Positions 10,146 through 21,053 are shown, numbered from the stretch's first letter. The stretch is DNA of 64,000 nt from an uncultured Gemmatimonadales bacterium (GCA_963783385.1 CAWANJ010000003.1:320001-384000), one strand, 5' to 3'. Translations and numbers: made by a program. Notes: a model not told the origin generated them from the sequence alone.

Positions 10146-11185
10146 GAGCGGCGGTGTTCCACGGGGCCGGCCAGCCCCTCACCCTGGAGGAAGTGGCCCT
10201 CCCCGAGCCTGGACCGGACGACATCGTGGTCCGGGTGGCCGCGTGCGGCGTGTGCCACACCGACCTCCACTACATCGACCACGGGACTCCCACCTTCAAG
10301 GCCCCGCCCCTCATCCTGGGCCACGAGGTGGCGGGCACGGTCCACGCGGTCGGCCGCGACGTGGAGCGGTTCGAGACGGGCGCGCGCGTGCTCCTCCCGG
10401 CGGTCCTCCCGTGCGGCACCTGCCGCATGTGCCGCACGGGCCGGGAGAACATCTGCGAGAACGGCCTCATGCTCGGGAACCACATCGACGGGGGCTACGC
10501 CGAGTTCATCCGCGTGCCGGCCCGCGACGCCTTCCGGCTCCCCGAGGAGATCCCCCTGGTCGAGGGCTCGATCATCGCCGACGCGCTCACCACGCCCTAC
10601 CACGCCGTGGTGAACCGGGGCCGCGTGATCCCGGGCGACGTGGTCGTGGTCGTGGGCTGCGGCGGGATCGGCCTCAACGTGGTGCAGATGGCGGCCGCCG
10701 TCGGCGCCCGGGTGGTGGCGGTGGACCTCAATCCCGCCAAGCTCGAGTGGGCCCGGAAGCTGGGGGCCGCCGAGACGCTGGACTCGGGCGCGACCGACCG
10801 CCCGGACCGCGCCCTGCGCGAGCTCACGGGCGGCGGCGCGGACGTGGCCTTCGAGGCGGTCGGCCACGCGGCCACCCAGGAGCTGGCCCTCGGCAGCCTG
10901 CGCAGCGGCGGGCGGCTCGTCCTGGTGGGCTACAGCCCGGAGACCATGGCGCTCAACGCCGGACGGGTCATGTTCCGCGAGCTCGAGGTGATGGGGTCCC
11001 TGGGCTGCCGGCCGGTGGACTATCCCCGCGCCATCGAGCTGGCCCGCCAGGGCCGCGTGCGGGTGGTCGAGCTCGTCACCCACCGCTTCCCGCTCGAGGA
11101 GATCGACCGGGCGTTCGACGTCCTGCGCTCGGGCGAGGCCATCCGGGCCGTGGTGACGCCGGGCGCCGAGGCGGTGCCGGCGTGA
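10142..11185 (+). CDS. had: Zn-dependent dehydrogenase, probable 6-hydroxycyclohex-1-ene-1-carbonyl-CoA dehydrogenase (Had/BzdX)
   Basis: [68 protein letters not shown]; operon context. Confidence 0.8.
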   Translation: MRAAVFHGAGQPLTLEEVALPEPGPDDIVVRVAACGVCHTDLHYIDHGTPTFKAPPLILGHEVAGTVHAVGRDVERFETGARVLLPAVLPCGTCRMCRTGRENICENGLMLGNHIDGGYAEFIRVPARDAFRLPEEIPLVEGSIIADALTTPYHAVVNRGRVIPGDVVVVVGCGGIGLNVVQMAAAVGARVVAVDLNPAKLEWARKLGAAETLDSGATDRPDRALRELTGGGADVAFEAVGHAATQELALGSLRSGGRLVLVGYSPETMALNAGRVMFRELEVMGSLGCRPVDYPRAIELARQGRVRVVELVTHRFPLEEIDRAFDVLRSGEAIRAVVTPGAEAVPA

Positions 11186-11198
11186 CGGGGCCCGTCTG

Positions 11199-11673
11199 AT
11201 GGGGCCGGCGGCAGCAGCCGACGGACCGCCGCGGGTCACGGACGCGCTGCGCGGCGAGCACGGCGCCCTGTACGCGCTGTTCGGGGCAATCCGCGACCTC
11301 CTGGACGAGGCGACCTCGGACGGCGCCCGGGCGCGCCTGCTCGCGCCGGCTCCTCGCCCCGGTGCTCGCCTCGCACGCCGGACCTCGAGGACGGGCTCCT
11401 TCTCGCCCGCGTTCGAGGGTGCGGGAGCCCGGCCCTCTGGCCGCCATGGAGGAGGAGCATCGCGGCATCGAGGCGCTGCTCGAGGCGCTGGCCCGCGAGC
11501 GGGACGACGCGCGCGTGCGAGACCTCCTCGAGGAGCTCCTGGATGCCGCTCGCCTTCACTTCGAGCGCGAGGAGGTGGCCGCCTTCCCGTTCGCCGAGTC
11601 GCACCTGGAGGATGGGGTCCTCCGCCGGCTCGGGAGCGAGTGGGCCGCCCGCCGCGGGGTGCGGCTGGACTGA
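11199..11673 (+). CDS. Hemerythrin/HHE domain protein, frameshifted around 11340-11430
   Basis: DALRGEHGALY, LASHA, MEEEHRGIE and HFEREEVAAFPFAE His/Glu motifs spread across frames. Confidence 0.65.
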
Positions 11674-11871
11674 GCCCGGGGCGCGCGGTCGGCCACCGTC
11701 CGGCCGCGCGCCCGCCGCCCTCCCACCGCCCATTCTCCTCCCGCCCGTCCGCCCCCCTCCACTGGACCGCACATCCCACCCCGCCTAGCTTTCTCTCCCC
11801 CTGGGTCCGCCCTGACGACCGGGCTCCTCGCGGAGGCCCGGCCCAAGGCCTCCCCGTGAAGCGAGGGTTAC

Positions 11872-13698
11872 ATGAGGCCCACCGACGTATCGGATCCGCA
11901 GTACTTCCACCGCGTGGTGGACTGCCAGTGGGCGTGCCCCGCCCACACCAACGTCCCCGAGTACATCCGGCTCATCGCCGCCGGGCGCTACACCGAGGCC
12001 TACATGCTGAACCGGAAGTCCAACGTATTTCCGGGGATCCTGGGCCGAACGTGCGACCGCCCGTGCGAGCCCGCCTGCCGGCGGACGCGCATCGATGGCG
12101 AGCCGGTGGCCATCTGCCGGCTGAAGCGCGTGGCGGCGGACCTCCGGGGCGACGTGGACGGTCTCCTCCCGGCGGTCCCGGACGAGAAGAACGGGCGCCG
12201 GATCGCCTGCGTCGGGGCCGGGCCGGCCTCTCTCACGGTGGCCAACGACCTCCTGCCGCTGGGTTACGAGGTGACGATCTTCGAGAAGCTCGAGCGCCCC
12301 GGCGGGCTCATGTGGACGAACATCCCCGAGTTCCGCTTGCCGGGCCGCGTCCTGTGGGAGGAAATCGATACCATCCTGGACCTGGGGGTGGACCTCCGGC
12401 TGGGCGCGCCGGTCGAGAGCCTGGCCGCGCTCCTGGAGGGCGACATGGGCGGGCCGTTCGACGCCGTGTTCCTCGGCTCGGGTGCGCCCAAGGGCAAGGA
12501 GCTCGAGCTGCCGGGCCGCCACGACACCGACCGCATCCACATCGGCATCGAGTGGCTGGAGGCCGTGCGCTTCGGGCACGTGGACACGGTCGGCGACCGG
12601 GTGCTGGTCATCGGGGTGGGCAACACGGCCATGGACTGCTGCCGCACGGCCATGCGTCTGGGCGCCTCCGACGTGAAGGTCATGGCGCGCAAGAGCCGCA
12701 AGCACTTCAAGGCCTCGCCGTGGGAGCTCGAGGACGCCGAGGGCGAGGGCGTGCAGATCGTGGAGAACCACGCGCCGTCGCGCTACGTGGTCGAGGACGG
12801 GAAGCTGGTGGGCATGGAGTTCGAGCTCGCCACCTGGCACCCGGGCCCGGACGGCCGACTCAAGAAGGAGACGCACGGGAGCACGACGATCGCCTGCGAC
12901 GAGGTCATCCTGGCCATCGGCCAGGACAACGCCTTCCCCTGGATCGAGCGGGACATCGGAATCGAGTTCGGCGACTGGGACATGCCGGTCGTGGATCGCA
13001 CCACCTTCCAGACCACCCGGCCGGGCGTGTTCGCCGGGGGAGACGCCGCCTGGGGCCCGGAGAACATCATCTGGGCCGTCGAGCACGGTCACCAGGCCGC
13101 CATCTCGATCCACTCGTACTGCGAGGGCCGCCCGCTCGAGGAGCGCCCGGCCTACGGCCAGAACCTCATCAGCGAGAAGATGGGGCTGCACGAGTGGAGC
13201 TACTCGAACGACTACGACGAGGCCGAGCGCGCCCGCATGCGCTACGCGGACCTGGAGCGCCGCCGCGCCCACCTGGACCTGGAGGCGGAGCTGGGGTTCG
13301 ACTTCGACCAGGCCCTCCAGGAGGTCGAGCGCTGCCTGAACTGCGACGTCCAGACCTACTTCACGCGCGAGCTGTGCATCGAGTGCGACGCCTGCGTGGA
13401 CGTGTGTCCGCTCTCGTGCTTGACGATCACGGCCGACGGGCCCGAAATCGAGCTGCGCCAGCGGCTCACGGTGCCGGCCCTCAACCTGGACGAGCCGCTG
13501 TACGCCTCCGACACCCTGCCGCAGACCGGGCGCCTCATGATCAAGGACGAGGACCTCTGCATCCACTGCGGCCTGTGCGCCGAGCGCTGCCCCACGGCCG
13601 CCTGGGACATGCGAAGCTCCGATCTCCTCATTCCGTACGCGGGACTGGACGCCGGCCAGGCGCGCCCGGCGCGCGGCGCGCCCGCGGAGGTCGCGTGA
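11872..13698 (+). CDS. GltD-like FAD/NAD(P)H oxidoreductase with C-terminal 2x[4Fe-4S] ferredoxin domain (KorC-like third subunit)
   Basis: CQWACPAH, GRTCDRPCEPAC, GAGPAS, GVGNTAMD, RCLNCD, CIECDACVDVCP, CIHCGLCAERCP. Confidence 0.85.
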   Translation: MRPTDVSDPQYFHRVVDCQWACPAHTNVPEYIRLIAAGRYTEAYMLNRKSNVFPGILGRTCDRPCEPACRRTRIDGEPVAICRLKRVAADLRGDVDGLLPAVPDEKNGRRIACVGAGPASLTVANDLLPLGYEVTIFEKLERPGGLMWTNIPEFRLPGRVLWEEIDTILDLGVDLRLGAPVESLAALLEGDMGGPFDAVFLGSGAPKGKELELPGRHDTDRIHIGIEWLEAVRFGHVDTVGDRVLVIGVGNTAMDCCRTAMRLGASDVKVMARKSRKHFKASPWELEDAEGEGVQIVENHAPSRYVVEDGKLVGMEFELATWHPGPDGRLKKETHGSTTIACDEVILAIGQDNAFPWIERDIGIEFGDWDMPVVDRTTFQTTRPGVFAGGDAAWGPENIIWAVEHGHQAAISIHSYCEGRPLEERPAYGQNLISEKMGLHEWSYSNDYDEAERARMRYADLERRRAHLDLEAELGFDFDQALQEVERCLNCDVQTYFTRELCIECDACVDVCPLSCLTITADGPEIELRQRLTVPALNLDEPLYASDTLPQTGRLMIKDEDLCIHCGLCAERCPTAAWDMRSSDLLIPYAGLDAGQARPARGAPAEVA

Positions 13699-15764
13699 GC
13701 CCGGCGGGCCGCGTCCCGACGTCGCGCGCCCCGGAGCCCTCCGCCGGGACGGAGCCCGGCGCCGAGGGCGAGGGGCGCGACGCGCGGATCAACGACCTCG
13801 CCCTCAAGATCGCCACGGTCAACGGCACCGGGTCGGCCAGCGCCAACGGCCTCCTCATGCAGGCCATCTTCCGCATGGGGATCCCGGTCACGGGAAAGAA
13901 CGTGTTCCCCTCCAACATCCAGGGCCTGCCGACCTGGTACGAGATCCGGGTGAGCGGGGAGGGGTGGACGGCGCGCAGCCCCGAGTACGACCTGATCGTG
14001 GCCATGAATCCGGCCACCTACGCGCGCGATATCGACGAGGTCCAGACGGGCGGCTGGGTCCTGCACGACAGCTCGTGGCCCCTGGCCCGGGAGCTCCGCC
14101 GCGAGGACGTGACCTTCCTGGGCGTGCCCCTGGCCCGCATGGGCTCGGAGCACTTCCACGGCTCGCGCACCCGCATCCTCATGAAGAACGTGGGCTACGT
14201 GGGGGCGCTCTCCGCCCTGCTGCAGGTGGACCGGGACGTGGTGCGCAGCCTCCTCGAGGAGCGCTTCGGGGAGAAGAAGCGGGCGCTCCTCGACGCCAAC
14301 TTCGAGGCGTTCGACCTGGGGTTCGAGTTCGCCCGGGAGCACTTCGACTGCCCGCTCCCCATCCGGCTCTCGCCCATGGACGCCACCAGGGACTCGGTGC
14401 TCATCGATGGCAACACGGCGGCGGCCATCGGGTGTCTGTACGCGGGCGCCACGGTGGCCTCCTGGTACCCGATCACCCCCTCGACCTCGCTCGTCCAGGC
14501 GTTCGAGGCCTTCGCGAACCGGTACCGGAAGGACCCCGACACCGGGAAGCTGCGGGTGGCCGTGATCCAGGCCGAGGACGAGCTGGCGGCGGCCGGCATG
14601 GCGATCGGGGCGGGCTGGATGGGAGCCCGCTCGTTCACGTCGACCAGCGGGGCGGGGATCTCGCTCATGTCGGAGTTCATCGGGCTCGCCTACTACACGG
14701 AGATCCCGGTCGTCCTGTTCGACATCCAGAGGGTGGGGCCCTCCACGGGGATGCCGACCCGGACGCAGCAGGGCGACATCCTCATGGTGGCCTATGCCTC
14801 CCACGGCGACACCAAGCACATCGCGCTCTTCCCGGCCGACCCGAAGGAGTGCTTCGAGCTGGCGGTGGCGGCCTTCGACCTGGCCGAGCGCTTCCAGACG
14901 CCGGTGTTCGTGGTCTCGGACCTCGACATCGGGATGAACGACTGGGTGGTGCCCCGCTTCGAGTGGGACGACGACTACCGCCCCGACCGCGGCAAGGTGC
15001 TCACCGCCGAAGAGCTCGAGGCGGGGGCCGTGTTCCACCGGTACGAGGACGTGGATGGCGACGGGATCCCGTGGCGGACGCTGCCCGGCGTCCATCCGCG
15101 CGGCGCCTTCTTCACCCGGGGCTCGGGGCACGACCGCTACGCCCGCTACACGGAGGACGCCGGCCCGTACACGGACGTGGTGGACCGCCTGACCCGCAAG
15201 CACGCCACCGCCGCCGCGCACGTGCCGGCGCCGGTCATCGCGCGGATGCCGGGCGCCACCATGGGCCTGCTGACGATCGGCGGGTGCGACGCGGCCTGTC
15301 GGGAGGCCGTGCACGGGCTGGCGGAGCGCGGCGTCCCGCTCGACTACATGCGGGTCCGGGCCTTCCCGTTCGGGGAGGAGGTGGAGGCCTTCCTGCTGGA
15401 GCACCCGACCACCTTCATCGTCGAGCAGAACCGCGACGCCCAGCTCCACCACCTGCTCCTGGCCGAGACGGCGGTCACCAAGGACCGCCTGGCCTCCGTG
15501 CGGCGCTACGGCGGATTGCCGCTCAGCGCCGTGCACGTGGTGGAGGACGTGCTCGGCCTCCTGGGGGAGGGGGGCGGGAACGGCGACGGGGCGGCCGCGT
15601 CCGGAGGCACGGTCGGAGCCGCGGCCGGCGCCCGCGGCGGCAACGGAGCGCGGGCGGAGGGCGGACGCGGGAGCCCGGGGCGCTCGGGCTCGGACGGTGG
15701 ATCGCAGGGCCGCGGCGCCGGCGCGCCACGGAACGCCGCGGGCCCCGAGGGAGGTGACGCGTGA
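13695..15764 (+). CDS. korA: 2-oxoacid:acceptor oxidoreductase alpha subunit
   Basis: NGTGSASAN, FPSNIQGLPTWY, WYPITPSTS, QAEDELAA, QRVGPSTGMPTRTQQGD; GTG overlaps the upstream stop. Confidence 0.88.
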   Translation: MSPAGRVPTSRAPEPSAGTEPGAEGEGRDARINDLALKIATVNGTGSASANGLLMQAIFRMGIPVTGKNVFPSNIQGLPTWYEIRVSGEGWTARSPEYDLIVAMNPATYARDIDEVQTGGWVLHDSSWPLARELRREDVTFLGVPLARMGSEHFHGSRTRILMKNVGYVGALSALLQVDRDVVRSLLEERFGEKKRALLDANFEAFDLGFEFAREHFDCPLPIRLSPMDATRDSVLIDGNTAAAIGCLYAGATVASWYPITPSTSLVQAFEAFANRYRKDPDTGKLRVAVIQAEDELAAAGMAIGAGWMGARSFTSTSGAGISLMSEFIGLAYYTEIPVVLFDIQRVGPSTGMPTRTQQGDILMVAYASHGDTKHIALFPADPKECFELAVAAFDLAERFQTPVFVVSDLDIGMNDWVVPRFEWDDDYRPDRGKVLTAEELEAGAVFHRYEDVDGDGIPWRTLPGVHPRGAFFTRGSGHDRYARYTEDAGPYTDVVDRLTRKHATAAAHVPAPVIARMPGATMGLLTIGGCDAACREAVHGLAERGVPLDYMRVRAFPFGEEVEAFLLEHPTTFIVEQNRDAQLHHLLLAETAVTKDRLASVRRYGGLPLSAVHVVEDVLGLLGEGGGNGDGAAASGGTVGAAAGARGGNGARAEGGRGSPGRSGSDGGSQGRGAGAPRNAAGPEGGDA

Positions 15765-16816
15765 CCTACATCGAGAAGCCGCGGGTCCACCATCCCGCCC
15801 TCGAGAAGAACGAGCTCGGTCTCACCCGGCGCGACTACGAGGGCCGCATGTCGACCCTGTGCGCGGGCTGCGGGCACGACTCGGTCACCGCGGCCATCAT
15901 CGAGACGTTCTGGAAGCTGTCGGTGCCCCCGCACCGGGTGGCCAAGCTGAGCGGGATCGGGTGCTCGGCCAAGACGCCCACCTACTTCATCCAGGAGGCG
16001 CACGGCTTCAACGCCGTGCACGGCCGCATGCCCTCCATCGTCACGGGCGGCAACGCCGCCAACCGGGACCTCGTCTACATCGGGATCAGCGGCGACGGGG
16101 ACTCCCTGTCCATCGGCCTCGGGCAGCTGTGCCACGCCATCCGGCGCAACGTGGACATGCTCTACGTGCTCGAGAACAACGGCGTGTACGGCCTCACCAA
16201 GGGCCAGTTCTCCGCCTCGGCCGACGTGGGCTCGCGGTCCAAGACGGGCGAGGTGAACCGGCAGCGGCCCATCGACCCCGTGCTCCTGGCTCTGTCGCTG
16301 GGGGCCAGCTTCGTGGCCCGGAGCTTCTCGGGCGACAAGGCGCAGCTCGTCCCCATCCTCGAGGCGGGGCTCCGGCACCGCGGTCTGGCCCTGGTCGACG
16401 TGATCTCGCCGTGCGTCACCTTCAACGACCACGAGGGCTCCACCAAGAGCTACCGCTACACGCGCGAGCACGAGGTGGTGGCCGTGGAGGCCGACTTCGT
16501 GCCGCTCCGGCGCGAGATCACGGCCGAGTACGGGCCCGGCGACGTGCGCGAGGTGGCCATGCACGACGGCAGCGTGGTGCGCTTCCGGAAGGTGCCGGCC
16601 CACTACGATCCCACCGACCGCGACGCCGCCTACGCCTACGTTCGCGAGCGCCAGGAGGCCGGCGAGGTCCCGACCGGGCTCCTCCACATCGACCCCACCG
16701 GTCAGGAGATGCACGAGGTGCTGGGCACGGTCGAGACGCCGCTGGTCGATCTCCCCTACGAGGCGCTGTGTCCCGGCCGCGAGAAGCTGTCCGAGATCAT
16801 GGCGGCTTTCCGGTAG
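15761..16816 (+). CDS. korB: 2-oxoacid:acceptor oxidoreductase beta subunit
   Basis: TLCAGCGH, SGIGCS, HGRMP, GDGD...ENNGVYGLTKGQFS (ThDP motif), SPCVTFN. Confidence 0.9.
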   Translation: MTYIEKPRVHHPALEKNELGLTRRDYEGRMSTLCAGCGHDSVTAAIIETFWKLSVPPHRVAKLSGIGCSAKTPTYFIQEAHGFNAVHGRMPSIVTGGNAANRDLVYIGISGDGDSLSIGLGQLCHAIRRNVDMLYVLENNGVYGLTKGQFSASADVGSRSKTGEVNRQRPIDPVLLALSLGASFVARSFSGDKAQLVPILEAGLRHRGLALVDVISPCVTFNDHEGSTKSYRYTREHEVVAVEADFVPLRREITAEYGPGDVREVAMHDGSVVRFRKVPAHYDPTDRDAAYAYVRERQEAGEVPTGLLHIDPTGQEMHEVLGTVETPLVDLPYEALCPGREKLSEIMAAFR

Positions 16817-16897
16817 GGCGACCGGGCGCCGCTCACCTCGTGCCCGCGGCTTCTTTCCCGGTCGCGGGGACGCCGAGGATTCTCGAACGTCGTATCC

Positions 16898-17172
16898 TCA
16901 CGAGGCCTCCACTTCGCCGTCGTAGGACAGGACGCGCTCGGCCATGACGCCCGTCACGGCGGGCCCTCGGGGCACGGGCCGTAGGTCAGGATGCGGTAGT
17001 CGATCAGGAAGGAGCCCTCCAGGGTGCCGGTGGCGTGGACGGTCATGCTCCCACCCGGGGTGTTGGGGGTCGGCGCCGCGCGGATCGCGGCTCCGGCAAG
17101 CGAGGCGACGAGCACCGCGACTCCGATCGCCCACGGACCGGCGGCCCGGACCGCGATGGCGCCCCGGTTCAC
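16898..17172 (-). pseudogene. Short secreted-protein ORF, probably truncated or frameshifted
   Basis: Signal-peptide-like N-terminus coupled to the upstream stop; early stop at 16954, with a coding-like tail (LSYDGEVEAS*) in another frame. Confidence 0.3.
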
Positions 17173-17612
17173 GAGTCGGACTCCGATGGCGGCAGCAGGC
17201 CGAGCTGCGCCATGGCCGCCAGGTTGTCCCAGCCGATCCAGGTCTCCGCGATCTCGCCGTCCGCTATGCGGTGGAAGACGAAGTTCATGATGTCGATCGT
17301 CCTTCCCGTGGCGGCGACGTCGCTCATGGCACCACGCTGCGTGCCGGTGCCGCGCGTGATGCAGGCGATGTAGGGTCCCTCGGCCACCATCAGCTCGATC
17401 TCCTCGTGCCAGTCGGGGAAGATGGCGAACTGCTCGCGGAGAAACCGGAGCATCTCCTCGATGCCGCGGATCTCCTGCATGTCCGTGGTCGCCTGACTGT
17501 GCCGGGCGTACTCGGGGCTCAACACGTCACGGAACACGTCCAGGTCGGCCTTGTTGACGCCCTCCTCCACCACATGGCGAACGAGCCGCTTGTTGTCTTC
17601 CAGGCTGCTCAT
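17169..17612 (-). CDS. SnoaL-like ester cyclase (NTF2 fold)
   Basis: LEDNKRLVR, AIFPDWHEEIELMVAEG, GTQRG, ATGRTI, FHRIADGEIAETW...MAQLG. Confidence 0.85.
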   Translation of the reverse strand: MSSLEDNKRLVRHVVEEGVNKADLDVFRDVLSPEYARHSQATTDMQEIRGIEEMLRFLREQFAIFPDWHEEIELMVAEGPYIACITRGTGTQRGAMSDVAATGRTIDIMNFVFHRIADGEIAETWIGWDNLAAMAQLGLLPPSESDS

Positions 17613-17732
17613 GCGTGGGATCCTCCCTTGGTGTGAACGTCCGCACGGCGGTGGAGGCCCAGTCACGGGATGCGGCCACGTGTGCTCCGGCCTCGTTCAG
17701 GCGCTCGACCCGCGCGGCCGCCCTCTCTCTGG

Positions 17733-19179
17733 CTACTCCCCGGCCGCCACCCGCCTCACGATCTCGTACATCATGCCGGTCCCCCGCCGGATGTTCTCCA
17801 CGGACAGCCGCTCGTCGTTGCCGTGGATGCCGTGCTCGTCCTCCTCCGGGATCAGGAAGGGCGCGAACCCGTAGCAGTGGACTCCCAGGTCGCGGAAGAA
17901 GTGGCTGTCCGTGAACCCGGTCTCCACGGACGGGACCACGGCGGCGCCGGGGAAGCGCGCCTTCACGACGTCGTGGATGGCCCGGTACAGCGGATCGTCG
18001 GTGGGCGAGACGGCCGGCGTGAAGCCCATGATCTTCTCGATCCGGATGGACGGATCGGCGATGATCGTGGCCAGTCGCGCGATGAACGCGTCCTGGTCCT
18101 GGTCGGGCAGGAGCCGGCAGTCCAGCTGCGCCTCGGCGGTGGGCGGCACCACGTTGATCTTGTCGCTGCCGTGCAGGACCGTGATCGAGCAGGTGTTGCG
18201 GACCAGGGCGGCCATGGACGGGTGGTCGATCTGGAGCTTCAGCACCGTGTCCCGGCTGTTCACCGCCTCCGCGATGTCGCCGTAGGCCTTCTTCCACCCC
18301 GGGCCCACGCTGGGCGCGAGGGCCTTGAAGTAGGCGTCCACGGCTGGGCACGACCCGGGGCTGGAAGTGGTAGGTCTGGATCGCGTACAGGGCCGCCACC
18401 AGCCGGTTCACGGCGGAGGCCACCGGCGGGGTCGAGCCGTGGCCGGGGCACCCCGGTCGAGGTGAGCTTCAGCCACAGCGGCACCTTCTGCGTCACCTCG
18501 ATCCCGAACTGCTCGCGGCCGTCCGAGACCGTGCCCATGCCGCCCTCGTTCAGAAGCATCCCCGCGCCCCGGAACGCCTCGGGGTGGTGCTTCACCACCC
18601 AGCCGGCGCCGTAGAAGCCGCCCGCCTCCTCGTCCGCGGTGGCCATGAAGATCACGTCGCGATCCAGGGGGACCTTCAGCCGGTGCAGGGCGAGGAAGGC
18701 CTCCAGCTCCACGATCCCCAGCGTCTTCGTGTCCAGGGCGCCGCGGGCGTAGACCGTGTCGCTCCTCACCTCGGCCGCGAAGGGAGGCGCGTGCCAGTAG
18801 GCGGTGTCGGCGGGCACCACGTCCATGTGGGAGAGGAGGAGCAGGGCGGGCGCGTCGCCCGAGCCCTTCAGCCGGGCCCACACGTTTCCGCGGCCGGCCG
18901 CCGACACGGCCGTGTCGAACGGGATGCCCTCCCGCGCGAAGATCTGCGCGAAGAAGCGCATGGTGCGGACCTCGTTCCCCGGCGGGTTCGTGGTGTTGAT
19001 GCGCAGGTAGTCGCGCGTCGAGGCTCACCGCCTCGGTCGCCATGGTGGCCGTGTCGGGCGACTGGGCGCGGAGCGATCGCCAGCGGCGGGGCCGCGCTCG
19101 CGGCCAGCAGGAGGGCCATCGCGAGGGCCGTGGACGGCACGGCGGACGACGGGGCGGCTGCGAGCGGGGCACGGCGCAT
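17733..19179 (-). CDS. M20/M25/M40 family metallopeptidase/acylase, secreted, several frameshifts
   Basis: LRINTTNPPGNE, SHMDVVPA, RGALDTK, ADEEAGG, NEGG, KINVVP, GFTDSHFFR and IHGNDER across several frames. Confidence 0.8.
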
Positions 19180-19315
19180 GGCTCGACCTCGGCGGCTGGG
19201 GTGGCGGCGCGCGCGTCACGACACCGGGGGGCGGAGCGCCCCTCCACGGTAGCGTGCGCGACCGCCTCCGGCCAGTTTGGCACGCCGTAGTGCGCCAGCC
19301 CAGCGGGAGGAGACC

Positions 19316-20109
19316 ATGCCCACCATCGACGTCGACGGCCGCACGATCGGATTCGAGGATACGGGGGGAGACGGTCCCGCCGTCCTCTTCCTGCACGGCT
19401 TTCTCATGGACCGCTCCATGTTCGGGCCCCAGGTCGAGGACCTGGCCCCCGACTTCCGCTGCATCTCCATGGACGAGAGCGGCTTCGGGGAGACGCCGGT
19501 GTGGGGTCCCTTCACCTACTGGGACCTGGCGGACGACGCCGTCGGGCCTGCTGGACGACTGGGCGTGGAACGCGCCGTGTTCGCCGGCATGTCGCAGGGA
19601 GGGTTCGTGGCCCTGCGCGCCGCGCTCCGGCACCCGGACCGGGTCCGGGCGCTGGTGCTCATCGCCACCGACGCCGGCGTGGACGACGAGGAGACCCGCG
19701 AGGGCTACCGGCAGATGTTCGCCACCTGGAGGGCGCAGGGGCCCATCGATCCGATCACCGAGACGCTGGCGGACCTCATCCTGGGGGACGACCCGGAGCT
19801 GCGGAGCCGCTGGATCGCGAAGTGGAAGGCGATCGATCCCGGCGCCCTGGCCGAGCCGGTGGCCTGCCTGCTGGACCGGGAGAGCGTCTCGGACGTCTGG
19901 GCGAGATCCGCTGTCCCGCCCTGGTCGTGCACGGGGAGAACGACGTGTCCATCGATCCCGTCGCGGGCCGAGGCGGTCGCCGCGGCGCTCCCCGATGTCG
20001 CGGCCTGGTGCGGGTGCCGGGGGCCATGCACGCCGCCTGCCTCAGCCACCCGAGGTGGTGAACCCGCCTCTGCGCGCCTTCCTCGACGAGGTCGTGTCGA
20101 GGGGCCTGA
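19316..20109 (+). CDS. Alpha/beta hydrolase (enol-lactonase-like), frameshifted near the C-terminus; end approximate
   Basis: FLHGFLMDRSMF, GMSQGG nucleophile elbow, IRCPALVVHGEND and PEVVNPPLRAFL in shifted frames. Confidence 0.75.
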
Positions 20110-20317
20110 CGGGCTCGGCGGCCTTCCGGCGGCCGCTCCGTCCGTCGCGTCGAGACCGGGTCTCATCGAACCCGCATGCCGTTCGTCGCGTGGCCGTTGC
20201 AGTCGGGGCGCGCTCCCTCCCACTTCATCGTGTAGCGGTGCCCGAACTTCGGGCACCGGCTCCGGCACCCCGGCTCGTTCGAAGGCGGGAGCCGACACGC
20301 GGCGGTGGAGGTGGACG

Positions 20318-20945
20318 ATGGCACGAGCGGCTCGCTCCTTCCGGCAGCCATCCCCGGGCGACTTCCGCAGGCCCGGATTCGAGGACGAGGCGATCCCGGA
20401 GCTCGAGGTGCTCTAACGCCCGCGCGCTGCGGCTCACGGGCGGGGACGCCATGCGGGCCTCCGACCTCGTCCAGGACACCATGGTCCGGGCCTACCGCGC
20501 CTGGGACGCCTACGAGAGAGGCACGAACGTGGGCGCGTGGCTCATGACCATCCTCCGCAACACTTTCATCAGCGACTATCGCCGCCGAAAGCGCGCCCCC
20601 ACGCCGGTCGAGCTCGACGAGCGGGCCGTGTCGGTGTTCCACCTGGTGAGCGACAGCGACCCGGAGGGCGAGTTCTTCCACCGGATCATCGACCGCGAGG
20701 TGGTGCGGGCCATCGAGGCTCTCCCCGAGGAGTTCCGCGTCCCGCTGGTGCTCTCGGACCTGCACGGCCTCAACTACGCCGAGATCGGGGAGCTGCTCGA
20801 TATCCCCCTGGGAACGGTGAAGTCGCGCCTGCACAGGGCCCGCCGAAGGCTGCAGCACCGCCTGTACGATTACGCCCTGGAGATGGGATACGTGAGCGGA
20901 CCGGCCCCGGGGCATGGAGAGGCCCGCGCCGCGGCCACCGCCTGA
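20318..20945 (+). CDS. ECF sigma-70 factor, single-base frameshift near 20415
   Basis: FEDEAIPEL..L(Y)ARALRLTG, DLVQDTMVRAY, GTNVGAWLMTILRN, LPEEFR, YAEIGELLDIPLGTVKSRLHRARRRL. Confidence 0.85.
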
Positions 20946-21053
20946 GCCCGGGCCGTTCGCCGGACCGAGCGGCGCCCGACCAACCTCGGTCACCGCCGCC
21001 CCACCGCCGTCGCCTGACCCCCGCCACCGCCCTCCGACCCCTCGTCCGGCCGC

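Noticed and set aside
11199-15764. 1521-aa ORF appearing to fuse hemerythrin with korA
   Set aside because: Read-through in a stop-poor frame across the flavoprotein gene; korA has its own coupled GTG start at 13695.
19277-19293. TTGGCACGCCGTAGTGC as a sigma54 promoter
   Set aside because: Spacing is GG-N11-GC, one base off the strict requirement (an indel cannot be excluded).
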